A program made the position numbers and the translations under genes. A DNA stretch of 64,000 bases from an uncultured Gemmatimonadota bacterium (GTDB taxonomy: Bacteria; Blakebacterota; Blakebacteria; Blakebacterales; Blakebacteraceae): the NCBI GenBank assembly GCA_964637695.1, contig CAZWVF010000003.1, positions 14,838 through 78,837 on the forward strand. Reading direction: 5' to 3'. Positions within the stretch are counted from its first letter, which is position 1. Each line of letters starts with the position of its first letter. Of the stretch, positions 38,101 through 46,448 are shown piece after piece. The notes beneath the pieces were generated by a model. The model did no database searches. It saw nothing but the letters and a program-made list of their open reading frames with translations, and was not told the DNA's origin.

Positions 38101-38650
38101 GCGCCGCAAGGATCTCCAGCGAGCGCTCCATGCCGTGCATCGACTGAGCTATCTCCACCTCATCGTTACGCAGGTTCTCTTCACTGTCGGTATACTCCCG
38201 CTCGAAACTGTCATTGATACCACGCAGGATACCGACCAGAGAGGGATCGGAGAGCTGGTCGATTGTGCGGTCCAGGTCCTTCTCCTCAACCAGCATCAAT
38301 CCATGATCGATAAAGTAATCGAGAGGTATGGTGCCCTGGACGTTATAGAGGAGATCGAGAGCTTCCAGGCGCGGGATTATCACCTGGGCAGCCTCTACCA
38401 TCCTGTCCCTCTCACCTTCCAGCACTACCACCGTGTTCGCCTCACCAAAGCGTTCAGTTACTTCCAGGTATGATTGGACAGCCGGTGAATGCGCAGGAAG
38501 CATATCGACAACATTTGTCTTCATCTCGAGTCCCCGGGAGATGAATGCTGCGATAATGGTGATCACGATCACAGTGATCAGTATTCGCCAGGGGTGGTCG
38601 TCACTGATCCCTGCCAGCAGACCGCCGATGTTTTTCAATATCTTTCTCAT
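35183..38650 (-). CDS. MMPL/RND-superfamily exporter (two 6-TM bundles, HpnN-like) with a fused C-terminal LolA-like 'outer membrane lipoprotein-sorting' domain (~250 aa)
   Basis: 1155 aa. Two sterol-sensing-like TM blocks (GIDFAIHLITRYYEER..., GIGIDDGVHAIHRFQED...). After the last TM comes a soluble domain (SRAQETGAGWIERIENVERVDHSYSVIRQTITTSTGAERTFTIRSWSAQGG...YIILWAGVEDALTRQIEYYNE) of the LolA-like type that is usually encoded by a separate adjacent gene. Minus-strand ORFs 35964..36533 and 37473..37766 and plus-strand ORFs 35612..36115 and 37577..38473 are artefacts. Confidence 0.8.
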   Translation of the reverse strand: MRKILKNIGGLLAGISDDHPWRILITVIVITIIAAFISRGLEMKTNVVDMLPAHSPAVQSYLEVTERFGEANTVVVLEGERDRMVEAAQVIIPRLEALDLLYNVQGTIPLDYFIDHGLMLVEEKDLDRTIDQLSDPSLVGILRGINDSFEREYTDSEENLRNDEVEIAQSMHGMERSLEILAARFAGEDYASVEEAADAMIAGDPWALSLDRGMMLILCTPLHPLLEIDPLMEMTVQVQELLAELRPQFPDVEIGLTGNGPLQKEEMDAMTTSSAVLMLVALVLIYLLLARNFGGWVLPLVALLPLIIGITWTAATLEIVYGELNLFTAMFAIILLGLGIDFAIHLITRYYEERSRGHSIRESLIYTISGTGVGVLAGGLTTAAAFLALIVGETKGISELGFTIGAGLFLTLLAVFLTLPPLLVLRSRRHERKGKTSSVPGASEGFPVIGKIAALSWRHSGLFLVFFLVVIGVSLWTGLKNEFELDWLNLEPRGLENVRLQREIPERYGSMTEGGWVIVNSIEEAREMKKRIKNLSMVGEVSTISDFLPTEDRFEEYSGRLDAFRSRTESSRTPVWRAGTSDAELVAEISRLGDNLDLMSNLAFTGGLDRAVRSLDRLTGYDSDTNTIDDNAVLPTLVRLLESGIDPQISSAVSSSWHARMKENLIRMSNTERFGVDDLPDVLKRSLLPRDGSEQFLVNITARDYLWHQTNLKRFSEQMEEVDPRISGTAQLTLDYLTESGRDGRKGMIVAFAVIVVLLLITFRGPVGLLSLLPLLGGSVMMLGIMYLIGMKYNFMNFMAIPVILGIGIDDGVHAIHRFQEDTSAGSDRVYNSFRFVGRAILLTTLTTMIGFGSLGFIPHVAMASFGIVLMLGVGTCFITTVVFLPALMKLLGGRNFKASPVSTAAMLSLALLILLPSISRAQETGAGWIERIENVERVDHSYSVIRQTITTSTGAERTFTIRSWSAQGGDVGLMAYVEPARVAGDKILQLNGGDDIWYYMKRRDLTRHFAGHTRRQSAQGSDFSYEDMASGDFSEDYTAEIMGYERLEGVECVKLKCTPTPDGPSYDYIILWAGVEDALTRQIEYYNEGEHLKTLYISDFQEIEGRTVAMRFEMVSHVKNSRTLMEMTEITFAQEPDPSMFTMAALARPIPPGR

Positions 38651-39309
38651 GATCCCAGCCCTCCTTTGTCTTCCTCGTCTGCCTGCTTTTCTCTCTTTTC
38701 CAGAGCCTTCTTCAGGAAGTCGACAAAGGTCAGTGTGAAGCGTTCTCTTTCCGGTTTGTCCATCTCCTGCCAGTGTGCCCCCAGCCAGCGGTCGTGAACG
38801 CTGTCGAGGGCCATCAGCAGTTCCATCTCAAGTTCTTCGGGCAGATCTGTGCGCATTGCACCTGTCTCACGACCGTACCGGATCAGTCCCCTGACCCACT
38901 CCATTGCTTCGGTGAAAACCATACCCAGGTGCCCCGACTTGCGCATCTCTTCGGGCAGTTCCCAAACCGAGCGCCCGAAACCGAGCATCCAGGGATGGAT
39001 CTCCAGATCTACAAAGGGGTGGAGGTAAAGTTCTTCGATCTTCTCCCAGAAAGTTGCTGTGTTGAAGGCCGAGAGAGCGAATTGGGGTACGTCGATGAAC
39101 TGCAGCCAGTAGTGCCTGACTACCGTTGCGATAAGATCTTCCTTATCCTCGAAGTAGTAGTAGGCGGTTCCCTTGCTGATGCCGGCCCGCTCCAGGATCC
39201 TGTTCATGGAGGTTTTCTCATAGCCGTTGGCCGCGAATTCTTGTGCGGCAGCCTCCAGAATCAGTTTCTTCTTGTCTTTGGGCATCTTTTCGAATCGTGG
39301 CAGAGGCAT
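38647..39309 (-). CDS. TetR/AcrR-family regulator of the MMPL exporter operon
   Basis: KKKLILEAAAQEFAANGYEKTSMNRILERAGISKGTAYYYFEDKEDL is the HTH. AGGAG RBS 8 nt before the ATG at 39309. The stop overlaps the MMPL start (ATGA). The track ORF extends 90 nt upstream with no RBS. Confidence 0.8.
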   Translation of the reverse strand: MPLPRFEKMPKDKKKLILEAAAQEFAANGYEKTSMNRILERAGISKGTAYYYFEDKEDLIATVVRHYWLQFIDVPQFALSAFNTATFWEKIEELYLHPFVDLEIHPWMLGFGRSVWELPEEMRKSGHLGMVFTEAMEWVRGLIRYGRETGAMRTDLPEELEMELLMALDSVHDRWLGAHWQEMDKPERERFTLTFVDFLKKALEKREKQADEEDKGGLGS

Positions 39310-39614
39310 CTGAACGCTCCTCGTTTTTTCTTGCCTGTGCTCGTTTTTCCGTAGACCTGTCGGTGTATACGAACTGGTTATACTTAATGTTTCGACCACA
39401 TGGTTTATAATTATAATTCTGCTTCAGTCAAGATCAAAGAAGATTGCATCGGAGCTGTACAGGCAGTTCATAAATGATAATCCGTAGAATAACCGCTATC
39501 GGGAGAATATCTTGACATCGTCAACCGGTGGCATAAGATACCCATCGATCATACTTATCAAGCCGGAAGGAACATGCCATAGAAGACCTGGGCAGGAAGA
39601 TCGCTGAGAAGGGA

Positions 39615-40253
39615 TTGAGCATAGGTGCAATAATGCTCAATCCCGATAATCCCTTCCAGTGGGCATCCGGTTACCGCATGCCCGTATATAACGACAACCG
39701 GATGTTCCTCTTCTTTCCTGAAATCAGGGAGACAATCGCCACCGGCCTTTCGTATATCATTGAGACAGAAGCGATATCCTTCGATGTGGTTGCCGGCACA
39801 GCCACTGCAGGGATCCCTCACGGTACTACTCTGGCCGACATGCTGCGTCTGCCTTACATCTATATCAGGGATAAACCGAAGTCACACGGGTTGAGAAACA
39901 GGATCGAAGGGATTGACGCCGAATCAGATCTGGGTGGCAGGGAAGTGATCGTCATCGAGGACCTCATTTCAACGGGCGGAAGTTCGGCTGCTGCTGTTGA
40001 AGCCGTGCGCGAGGCGAACGGATCGTGCAACTGGTGCCTGGCTATTTTCAGCTATGGGCTCGACAGGGCAGAGGAACACTTTTCGGCTCTCCAGCCCCCC
40101 TGTCAGGTGAGGTCTCTGCTGACCTTCGATACCCTGCTCGATGTGGCTTCCTCGGGCGGATATCTCACGGATGAGCAGATCTCAATGCTGGCAGAATGGC
40201 GGGCAGATCCATTCAACTGGGGAGAGAAGCACGGCTTCCCCCGGGTAGATTAA
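39615..40253 (+). CDS. pyrE: orotate phosphoribosyltransferase (Bacillus-type PyrE)
   Basis: IGAIMLNPDNPFQWASGYRMPVYNDNR...VVAGTATAGIPHGT...VIVIEDLISTGGS is collinear with type-II OPRTases. The start is uncertain: a TTG at 39615 or the ATG at 39633. There is no in-frame ATG/GTG upstream before the stop at 39534. Confidence 0.8.
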   Translation: MSIGAIMLNPDNPFQWASGYRMPVYNDNRMFLFFPEIRETIATGLSYIIETEAISFDVVAGTATAGIPHGTTLADMLRLPYIYIRDKPKSHGLRNRIEGIDAESDLGGREVIVIEDLISTGGSSAAAVEAVREANGSCNWCLAIFSYGLDRAEEHFSALQPPCQVRSLLTFDTLLDVASSGGYLTDEQISMLAEWRADPFNWGEKHGFPRVD

Positions 40254-40267
40254 AGAGAATCCAGGCT

Positions 40268-41020
40268 ATGACAGACCTTTCAGCAAAGGAACAGAAGGCC
40301 AGGGAGATAGTCTGCCTGCCTCTCGATGGACTCCATTCAATTGATGCTGTCAGGGATCGGGTGGAAGAACTCAGTCCATTCGTGGGGTTCTTCAAGGTGG
40401 GCAAGGAGACCTTCACCCGGTTCGGACCGGATATCGTCAATATCGTGAAAGGGCATGGGGCCGGAGTATTCCTCGATCTCAAATACCACGATATCCCCAG
40501 CACCGTTAAGGGGGCTGCCCGGGCCGCCGCCGAGCTCGGTGTTTCTATGTTCAATGTTCACGCCATCGGTGGATTGACGATGATGAAGGCGGCGATGGAG
40601 GGTATCGATGAGGCGGATATAACCGGCGGTGGAAGGCCGAAGATTGTGGCCGTAACCGTACTTACAAGCATCGACCAGGAGATCCTCAATCTGGAGTGCG
40701 GGATACTGGGCAGTGTCGAGGATCTGGTTTACCGACTGTCTGAACTGACCGCTCAGGCCGGTCTGGACGGGATCGTCTGTTCCGCCGTGGACCTTCCGGT
40801 TCTGAAGGATTCCATGCCATCCGGATTCATGTTTGTAACTCCGGGTATCAAGGGGACCACAACAGCCGCCGGCGAGGATCAGAAGAGGGTGCTGACGCCG
40901 GGCGCCGCAGTACAGGCGGGTTCCACAATGCTGGTGGTCGGAAGGGCTATTACCGGTGCGGATGACAGAACAGCTGCGGCCCGCGAGGTGCTGGACGATA
41001 TCGTGAGAGTGCTGGAGTGA
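40268..41020 (+). CDS. pyrF: orotidine 5'-phosphate decarboxylase
   Basis: MTDLSAKEQKAREIVCLPLDGL...FFKVGKETFTRFGPDIV...VFLDLKYHDIPSTV...MLVVGRAIT are PyrF motifs. The track ORF begins at 40196 inside pyrE. ATG 40268 is the chosen start. Confidence 0.85.
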   Translation: MTDLSAKEQKAREIVCLPLDGLHSIDAVRDRVEELSPFVGFFKVGKETFTRFGPDIVNIVKGHGAGVFLDLKYHDIPSTVKGAARAAAELGVSMFNVHAIGGLTMMKAAMEGIDEADITGGGRPKIVAVTVLTSIDQEILNLECGILGSVEDLVYRLSELTAQAGLDGIVCSAVDLPVLKDSMPSGFMFVTPGIKGTTTAAGEDQKRVLTPGAAVQAGSTMLVVGRAITGADDRTAAAREVLDDIVRVLE

Positions 41021-41030
41021 ACGGGTCTCC

Positions 41031-42701
41031 ATGATCGAATTCCTGGGCAAGAAGGTGCGGGGCCGCTTCGGACTGCCTTCAGGTGTAATCGCGACCAACA
41101 GCGATACCGCCGGATGGATGATCCGGAATATCCCGCAGATCGGATTCTTCAACGGCAAGAGTACAACTATCGAGCCTCGCCAGGGCTATGACGAAGACAT
41201 CCTGACCCAGCCGGCACCAGATTCTTTATGGAACGCGGTCGGTTATGCCAACCCGGGTCTCGAAGCGATGGTGGAGGCTTTCAGGGAGTTGAAAGAGGCA
41301 TTCCCACCCGATGTTTTCCTGATGCCTCAGATCGGCGAAAGCAGTGCTGAAAGTTTCGAACACTGTGTGACCGAGTTCGACAGAGCAGGGGATGCAGTTG
41401 ACGGGATAGAGATCAACCTTTCCTGCCCCCATGTCGAGAAGGGGGGCATCCTGATCGGGTCTAATCCCGAAAGTGTTCACAGCATAGTGTCGGCATCCCG
41501 GCGGGCGACCGGAAAGCCTCTGATTGTGAAGTTGAATGCGGGCGTTCACAGGCTGGAGGAGGTCGCCCTGGCTGCTGTTGATGCCGGTGCGAACGCTCTA
41601 TCTGCCATCAATTCACTGGGTGGGCCGAACCCGGAGCTGAGCAACCAGTTCGGCGGTCTCTCCGGAGCGCAGGTTTTCCCTGCAACCCTGGAGACGATCC
41701 GGAAGATCAGGGGTGTTGTGGATCTGCCCTTCCTGGTGATGGGCGGGATCAGGGGCGCAGCCGACATCAGGCGTCTCGATGAGATCGACAGTTCTTTTCT
41801 CTACGCGATCGGTTCAACTCTGGGCGGTCTCGACTCCGAACAGATAAGGCAGTACTTCCACCAGCTCGAGATCGATCTTGCAGAAGGGACCGATCTGGCA
41901 TCTGAAATGACGATGTCAGAGATGATGATGGATTACCGTCCCTTTGTGATCTCGGAGACCGTCGAATACAGTCCAACACTCAGACTGATCAGGTTCCATC
42001 AGAACCTGGATGCCGAAGTCGGTCAGTTCGTCTTCCTGAAGCTGGGGAGGGGGCTCTCCAAACCATTCTCGGTTGCAAGGGATCGAGACTGTCTGGAACT
42101 GGTGGTGCGGAAGGTCGGGAAGATGACGGCCAAATCGTTCGATCTCAAACCGAATGATGTGGTTCGGATCAACGGTCCATTCGGTAAACCGTTCCAACTC
42201 CCCGCCGATCGGCTGGTCATATTCGTAGGTGCCGGAGTCGGTATAGCACCGATCCTGCATGCAGCCGAGCATCATGACGGCCCCTGCCGCTTCGTCATAG
42301 GGGCGGTGACGGCGGACGAGCTGGTCTACCTGGATGATTTCAGGGAAATGGGCGAGGTGGCATATTCGACCGATGACGGAAGCGCCGGCTTCCACGGATT
42401 GGTTACCGAACTTCTGGATGAAGTGCTCGCTTCAGAAAGACCGGAGAATCCCTGTTTCTATACATGCGGTCCCGAGACAGCCATCAGGGGGGTGGATGAG
42501 ATCGCCCGCAGGTATGCACCCCCCGAAGATATCTATCATCTGGTCGAGCGGATGACCAGCTGCGGCATCGGAATCTGCGGCAAGTGCTCCATCCCTTCGG
42601 GGGAGCGGGCGTGTGTGGACGGACCGGTCTTTACAGCAACCGAGTTCACACCCGGGGACTATATGAGGGATAAGAGTGGAGCGAAGATCCCTGCCCACTG
42701 A
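41031..42701 (+). CDS. pyrD: dihydroorotate dehydrogenase class 1B catalytic domain (PyrD) fused to the electron-transfer subunit (PyrK: FAD/NAD-binding + 2Fe-2S)
   Basis: N-terminal half: TIM-barrel DHODH motifs (IEINLSCPH, LIVKLNAG, LVMGGIRGAADI). C-terminal half: FNR-like fold (RLIRFHQNL...FLKLG..., VIFVGAGVGIAPI) and the cluster motif CGIGICGKCSIPSGERACVDGPVF. Single continuous ORF of 556 aa. Confidence 0.8.
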   Translation: MIEFLGKKVRGRFGLPSGVIATNSDTAGWMIRNIPQIGFFNGKSTTIEPRQGYDEDILTQPAPDSLWNAVGYANPGLEAMVEAFRELKEAFPPDVFLMPQIGESSAESFEHCVTEFDRAGDAVDGIEINLSCPHVEKGGILIGSNPESVHSIVSASRRATGKPLIVKLNAGVHRLEEVALAAVDAGANALSAINSLGGPNPELSNQFGGLSGAQVFPATLETIRKIRGVVDLPFLVMGGIRGAADIRRLDEIDSSFLYAIGSTLGGLDSEQIRQYFHQLEIDLAEGTDLASEMTMSEMMMDYRPFVISETVEYSPTLRLIRFHQNLDAEVGQFVFLKLGRGLSKPFSVARDRDCLELVVRKVGKMTAKSFDLKPNDVVRINGPFGKPFQLPADRLVIFVGAGVGIAPILHAAEHHDGPCRFVIGAVTADELVYLDDFREMGEVAYSTDDGSAGFHGLVTELLDEVLASERPENPCFYTCGPETAIRGVDEIARRYAPPEDIYHLVERMTSCGIGICGKCSIPSGERACVDGPVFTATEFTPGDYMRDKSGAKIPAH

Positions 42702-42720
42702 AGCCTCATATTAGTTTCTG

Positions 42721-43464
42721 TTGCCTTCCATGGCTACAGGGCTACCTTTGCGTAACTGTCAGATTCTCAATTCTCAGGAAATTTGTGTGAAACAGTCAGA
42801 TAAAAAGGTCAGTGAAAGCAGTTCCAAAGAGGAAACCGCCCATCCTCCAAATCGCCTTCTTGAAGGGGGAAAATTCGTACTGTGGGTTGTCGTCATCACA
42901 ATGGTGCTCAGAGTTTCCGTTGCAGAGGCCTACCGTGTTGAAATGTCATCGATGGAGAATACGCTTCTTCCCGGCGATACGATTCTTGGAAATAAGTTCC
43001 TGTATGGCGCCAGATTGCCCCTTATCGGCCTGCGTCTTCCGCCCATCCGAAACCCACGGCCCGGAGACATTATCGTTCTGCAACACCCCGTAGAGATCGG
43101 TCAGAGATTAATCAAAAGGGTGATAGCAGTAGAGGGGCAGGTGATCGAGATCCGCGACAAACAGCTCTATGTGGACAACCAGCCGGTCCCGCTGCCAGAC
43201 AGGGGCAAGTTCGTGGACAGCAGGGTTCTGCCCAGGGGAGTCTCGAATCGAGACAACTTCGGGCCGCTTACCGTACCTGATAAGAGTCTATTTGTGATGG
43301 GTGACAACAGGGACATTTCACTCGACAGCAGGGGGTGGGGATTTGTGGGTCGTGACAAAGTGCTCGGTCTGGCTATAATCATTCTCTACTCGTGGGACCA
43401 CGATCCAACAGAGCCTTTCTGGGAAAGGATACGCTGGAGCCGCTTTGGTCACATTCCAAATTAA
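42721..43464 (+). CDS. lepB: signal peptidase I
   Basis: TM anchor, then SMENTLLPGDTILGNKF (the catalytic Ser SM-x-P-T-L box), RVIAVEGQ, and GDNRDISLDSRGWGFV (catalytic Lys/box E region). The N-terminal extent is uncertain. Confidence 0.8.
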   Translation: MPSMATGLPLRNCQILNSQEICVKQSDKKVSESSSKEETAHPPNRLLEGGKFVLWVVVITMVLRVSVAEAYRVEMSSMENTLLPGDTILGNKFLYGARLPLIGLRLPPIRNPRPGDIIVLQHPVEIGQRLIKRVIAVEGQVIEIRDKQLYVDNQPVPLPDRGKFVDSRVLPRGVSNRDNFGPLTVPDKSLFVMGDNRDISLDSRGWGFVGRDKVLGLAIIILYSWDHDPTEPFWERIRWSRFGHIPN

Positions 43465-43506
43465 CCGCTTTGCAGCAACCGCTTTCTTCATGGGAGGAGT
43501 GATACG

Positions 43507-45624
43507 ATGTTGAAAGGAATGCTGATTCTCAGTACAGCCGTAGTAGTGCTGGGTGCCTATTCCGTGCCATCAACGGCTCCGCAGGTGCAACCGGACAATC
43601 CCCTGTTCGGCGAATTCAATACTCCATTCGAGGTGCCTCCCTTCGATCTCATCAGGGAGGAACACTTCCTCCCGGCATTCAAAGAGGGGATAGAGAGAGA
43701 GCGGGAAGAGGTCAAAGCGATTACTGCGAACAGTGAAGCCCCGACTTTCGCCAATACGATCGAAGCCCTCGAATACAGTGGGGCGTTTCTGACCCGCGTT
43801 GACAACATCTTCAGCAATCTGACATCGGCCCAGACCAATGATGAGCTGCAGGAGATCGCCCGCGAGGTGACACCACTGCTCTCAAAACACTCGGATGACA
43901 TTCTCCTCGATCCCGGATTATTCATGCGCGTCAAGAGTGTCTTTGATCAGAAAGATACCCTCAATCTGTCACCGGAGCAGGAGCGATTGCTGGACATGTA
44001 CTACAAACGGTTTGTACGCGGCGGGGCGAATCTGGGTGAGGCTGAAAAGGCCAGGATGAGAGAGATCAACGAAGAGATCTCCATGCTCACTCTCGAGTTC
44101 GGCGAACACGTTCTGGAAGAGAACAACAAATTCAAAATGGTCCTGGATAACAGGGCCGATCTGGCCGGTCTGCCCGATGCTGTCATTTCTGCTGCAGCCG
44201 AAGCCGCAGCCGACCGAGGGCATGACGGAAAGTGGGTCTTCACGATACACAAGCCGAGCCTGATACCCTTCCTGCAGTTCTCAGAACGCCGCGACCTGCG
44301 TGAGATCATGTTCAAGGCCTATATATCCAAGGGAGCTAACGGTGACGAACTGGATAACAGGTCGGTTCTCTCGCGTATTGCCGCTCTCAGAGTTGAGAGG
44401 GCCAATCTGCTCGGCTATCCGACCCACGCTGATTACGTGCTGGATGAGAACATGGCGAAGGTACCCGGCAATGTATACGACCTGCTGAATCAGCTCTGGG
44501 TACCGGCACTGGCCATGGCTCAGCGGGAAGCACGGGACATGCAGGCGATGATCGATGTTGAGGGCATGGATTTCAACCTGGAGGCATGGGACTGGTGGTA
44601 CTATGCCGAGAAGATCAAGAAGGAACGCTACGATCTGGATGACGAGCAGCTGAGGCCTTACTTCATGCTCGACAACGTACGGAACGGAGCTTTCGACCTG
44701 GCCGGCAGACTGTTCGGGATCACCTTCGAAGAGATCGTGGACATACCGAAATACCACGAAGAGGCAAGGGCTTTCGAGGTCAGGAATGCAGACGGGAGCC
44801 ACCTCGGTGTTCTCTACACCGACTACTTCCCACGGACCGGCAAGCGGAGCGGAGCGTGGATGAACTCCTTCCGTAAACAGATGAAGATTAATGGCCGCAA
44901 CGTCACCCCCGTTATCATCAACTGCGGCAATTTCTCCCGGCCGACAGGTGATAAACCCACTCTGATCAGCCTGGAGGAGGCCCTTACTCTCTTCCACGAA
45001 TTCGGTCATGCCCTTCACGGTCTGCTTTCAGACTGCACCTATCCGTCACTGTCGGGTACCGCGGTGCCGAGGGACTTCGTCGAGTTACCCTCACAGATCA
45101 TGGAGAACTGGGCGACCGAACCGGAAGTGATGAAGTCGTACGCCAGGCATTACCTGACGGGAGAACCGATCCCCGATGAACTGATCGAGAAGATCAGGAA
45201 TGCCAGCCTCTTCAACCAGGGATTCGCCACCGTCGAGTACCTGGCGGCATCCTTCCTCGACATGGACTGGCACACCCTGACAGAAGCGGTGGAACTGGAT
45301 GCTGACTCCTTCGAGAACAGATCGATGGAGAAAATCGGTCTGATTCCCGAGATCGTGGCCCGTTACAAGAGTCCCTTCTTCAACCACATCTTTTCGGGTG
45401 GTTACTCCTCCGGGTACTACAGTTATATCTGGGCGGAAGTGCTCGATGCAGATGCTTTCCAGGCGTTCAAGGAGACCAGCCTGTACGATCAGGAGGTCGC
45501 CCGTTCATACAGGGAGAACATTCTTTCGAGGGGTGGCACTGAAGATCCGATGACGCTCTACGTACGGTTCCGTGGTGCCGAGCCGAGCATCGATGCTCTC
45601 CTGGCCCGGAAGGGATTCAAGTAG
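43507..45624 (+). CDS. dcp: M3-family peptidyl-dipeptidase (Dcp) / oligopeptidase A-like zinc metallopeptidase with signal peptide
   Basis: Signal peptide MLKGMLILSTAVVVLGA. HEFGHALHG is the HExxH zinc motif, with the M3 fold signature around it. 705 aa. Confidence 0.85.
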   Translation: MLKGMLILSTAVVVLGAYSVPSTAPQVQPDNPLFGEFNTPFEVPPFDLIREEHFLPAFKEGIEREREEVKAITANSEAPTFANTIEALEYSGAFLTRVDNIFSNLTSAQTNDELQEIAREVTPLLSKHSDDILLDPGLFMRVKSVFDQKDTLNLSPEQERLLDMYYKRFVRGGANLGEAEKARMREINEEISMLTLEFGEHVLEENNKFKMVLDNRADLAGLPDAVISAAAEAAADRGHDGKWVFTIHKPSLIPFLQFSERRDLREIMFKAYISKGANGDELDNRSVLSRIAALRVERANLLGYPTHADYVLDENMAKVPGNVYDLLNQLWVPALAMAQREARDMQAMIDVEGMDFNLEAWDWWYYAEKIKKERYDLDDEQLRPYFMLDNVRNGAFDLAGRLFGITFEEIVDIPKYHEEARAFEVRNADGSHLGVLYTDYFPRTGKRSGAWMNSFRKQMKINGRNVTPVIINCGNFSRPTGDKPTLISLEEALTLFHEFGHALHGLLSDCTYPSLSGTAVPRDFVELPSQIMENWATEPEVMKSYARHYLTGEPIPDELIEKIRNASLFNQGFATVEYLAASFLDMDWHTLTEAVELDADSFENRSMEKIGLIPEIVARYKSPFFNHIFSGGYSSGYYSYIWAEVLDADAFQAFKETSLYDQEVARSYRENILSRGGTEDPMTLYVRFRGAEPSIDALLARKGFK

Positions 45625-45651
45625 GGTAGGTAAGTGTAATTACGGAAAGGA

Positions 45652-45981
45652 TCACCTGGCCTGGTATCGGTCTGCCTGATCGAAGAAGATTACTGCTCTG
45701 TACCCGGCGCCGACCACGGCACCGTGGACAGCTCCAGCTGGGATATAAAAAGAATCACCCTCTCTGTACGTATTCTCCACGCCGTCCACCGTGAGTCTGA
45801 GTTCGCCGGCAACTACCAGTTCCCACTGAGAGGCATGACTGTGTTCGGGAACTACCGTCTCATCTTCGAATCGAACGAAAGCCGTCTGGTGGTCTTCACC
45901 CTGCAGCAGATGTCCCGAAACACCTTCGAAAGGAATATCGAGCTCAGGCAGTCTTGTTATGAATTCAGGAAAGTCATCCAT
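45652..45981 (-). CDS. cupin-domain protein
   Basis: 109 aa. The two-His/Glu cupin motif region PEHSHASQWELVVAGELRLTVDG...GDSFYIPAGAVH is present. Confidence 0.7.
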   Translation of the reverse strand: MDDFPEFITRLPELDIPFEGVSGHLLQGEDHQTAFVRFEDETVVPEHSHASQWELVVAGELRLTVDGVENTYREGDSFYIPAGAVHGAVVGAGYRAVIFFDQADRYQAR

Positions 45982-46001
45982 TTCGATTTCCTTTCAACCC
46001 G

Positions 46002-46334
46002 CTACAGTTTTCCCAGAAGGGGTTCCAGGCCGGTCCACATTCTCCGGAGGGCATCGCGGGTCTCGTTCAGAGCCTCAAAACCCTCAGGTTCGACCCGGTA
46101 GTATCTGCGGGCCATTCCGCTGCGCGGTGCCGGATTAGCGCTTTTCACAGAGGAGAGGAGCCCCTTGCTTTCGAGACGGTCGAGAGTAGTATAAACAGCC
46201 CCCCTCGAAACTGCACGGCCGGTCTGGCCCTCGATTTCCCGGCGGATCGCGACTCCATAAGCCTCTGATTCGAGGCGGAGAACGGCCAGCATGACCAGCT
46301 GTTCAAATTCACCCAGTCCTGCAGTATTACCCAT
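46002..46334 (-). CDS. PadR-family transcriptional regulator
   Basis: LVMLAVLRLESEAYGVAIRREIEGQTGRAVSRGAVYTTLDRLESKGLL is a PadR winged-helix. It lies upstream of the cupin gene on the same strand. Confidence 0.8.
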   Translation of the reverse strand: MGNTAGLGEFEQLVMLAVLRLESEAYGVAIRREIEGQTGRAVSRGAVYTTLDRLESKGLLSSVKSANPAPRSGMARRYYRVEPEGFEALNETRDALRRMWTGLEPLLGKL

Positions 46335-46448
46335 GGAATCCCTCTTCAGGAAGTTTCAGGATGTCTACAATGTATACGTCCTGTATGTCAATATGTTGCG
46401 CTGCAGCCTGCTATTTAAACGAGATATCCTGAATAAGATTTGCACCTT

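Noticed and set aside
35612-38473. ORFs 35612..36115, 35964..36533, 37473..37766, 37577..38473 inside the MMPL gene
   Set aside because: They overlap the 1155-aa MMPL exporter ORF in other frames or on the other strand. No motifs were found and the MMPL frame is continuous with a TM periodicity.
44281-45018. 245-aa minus-strand ORF
   Set aside because: It is antisense to the M3 peptidase gene containing HEFGH.
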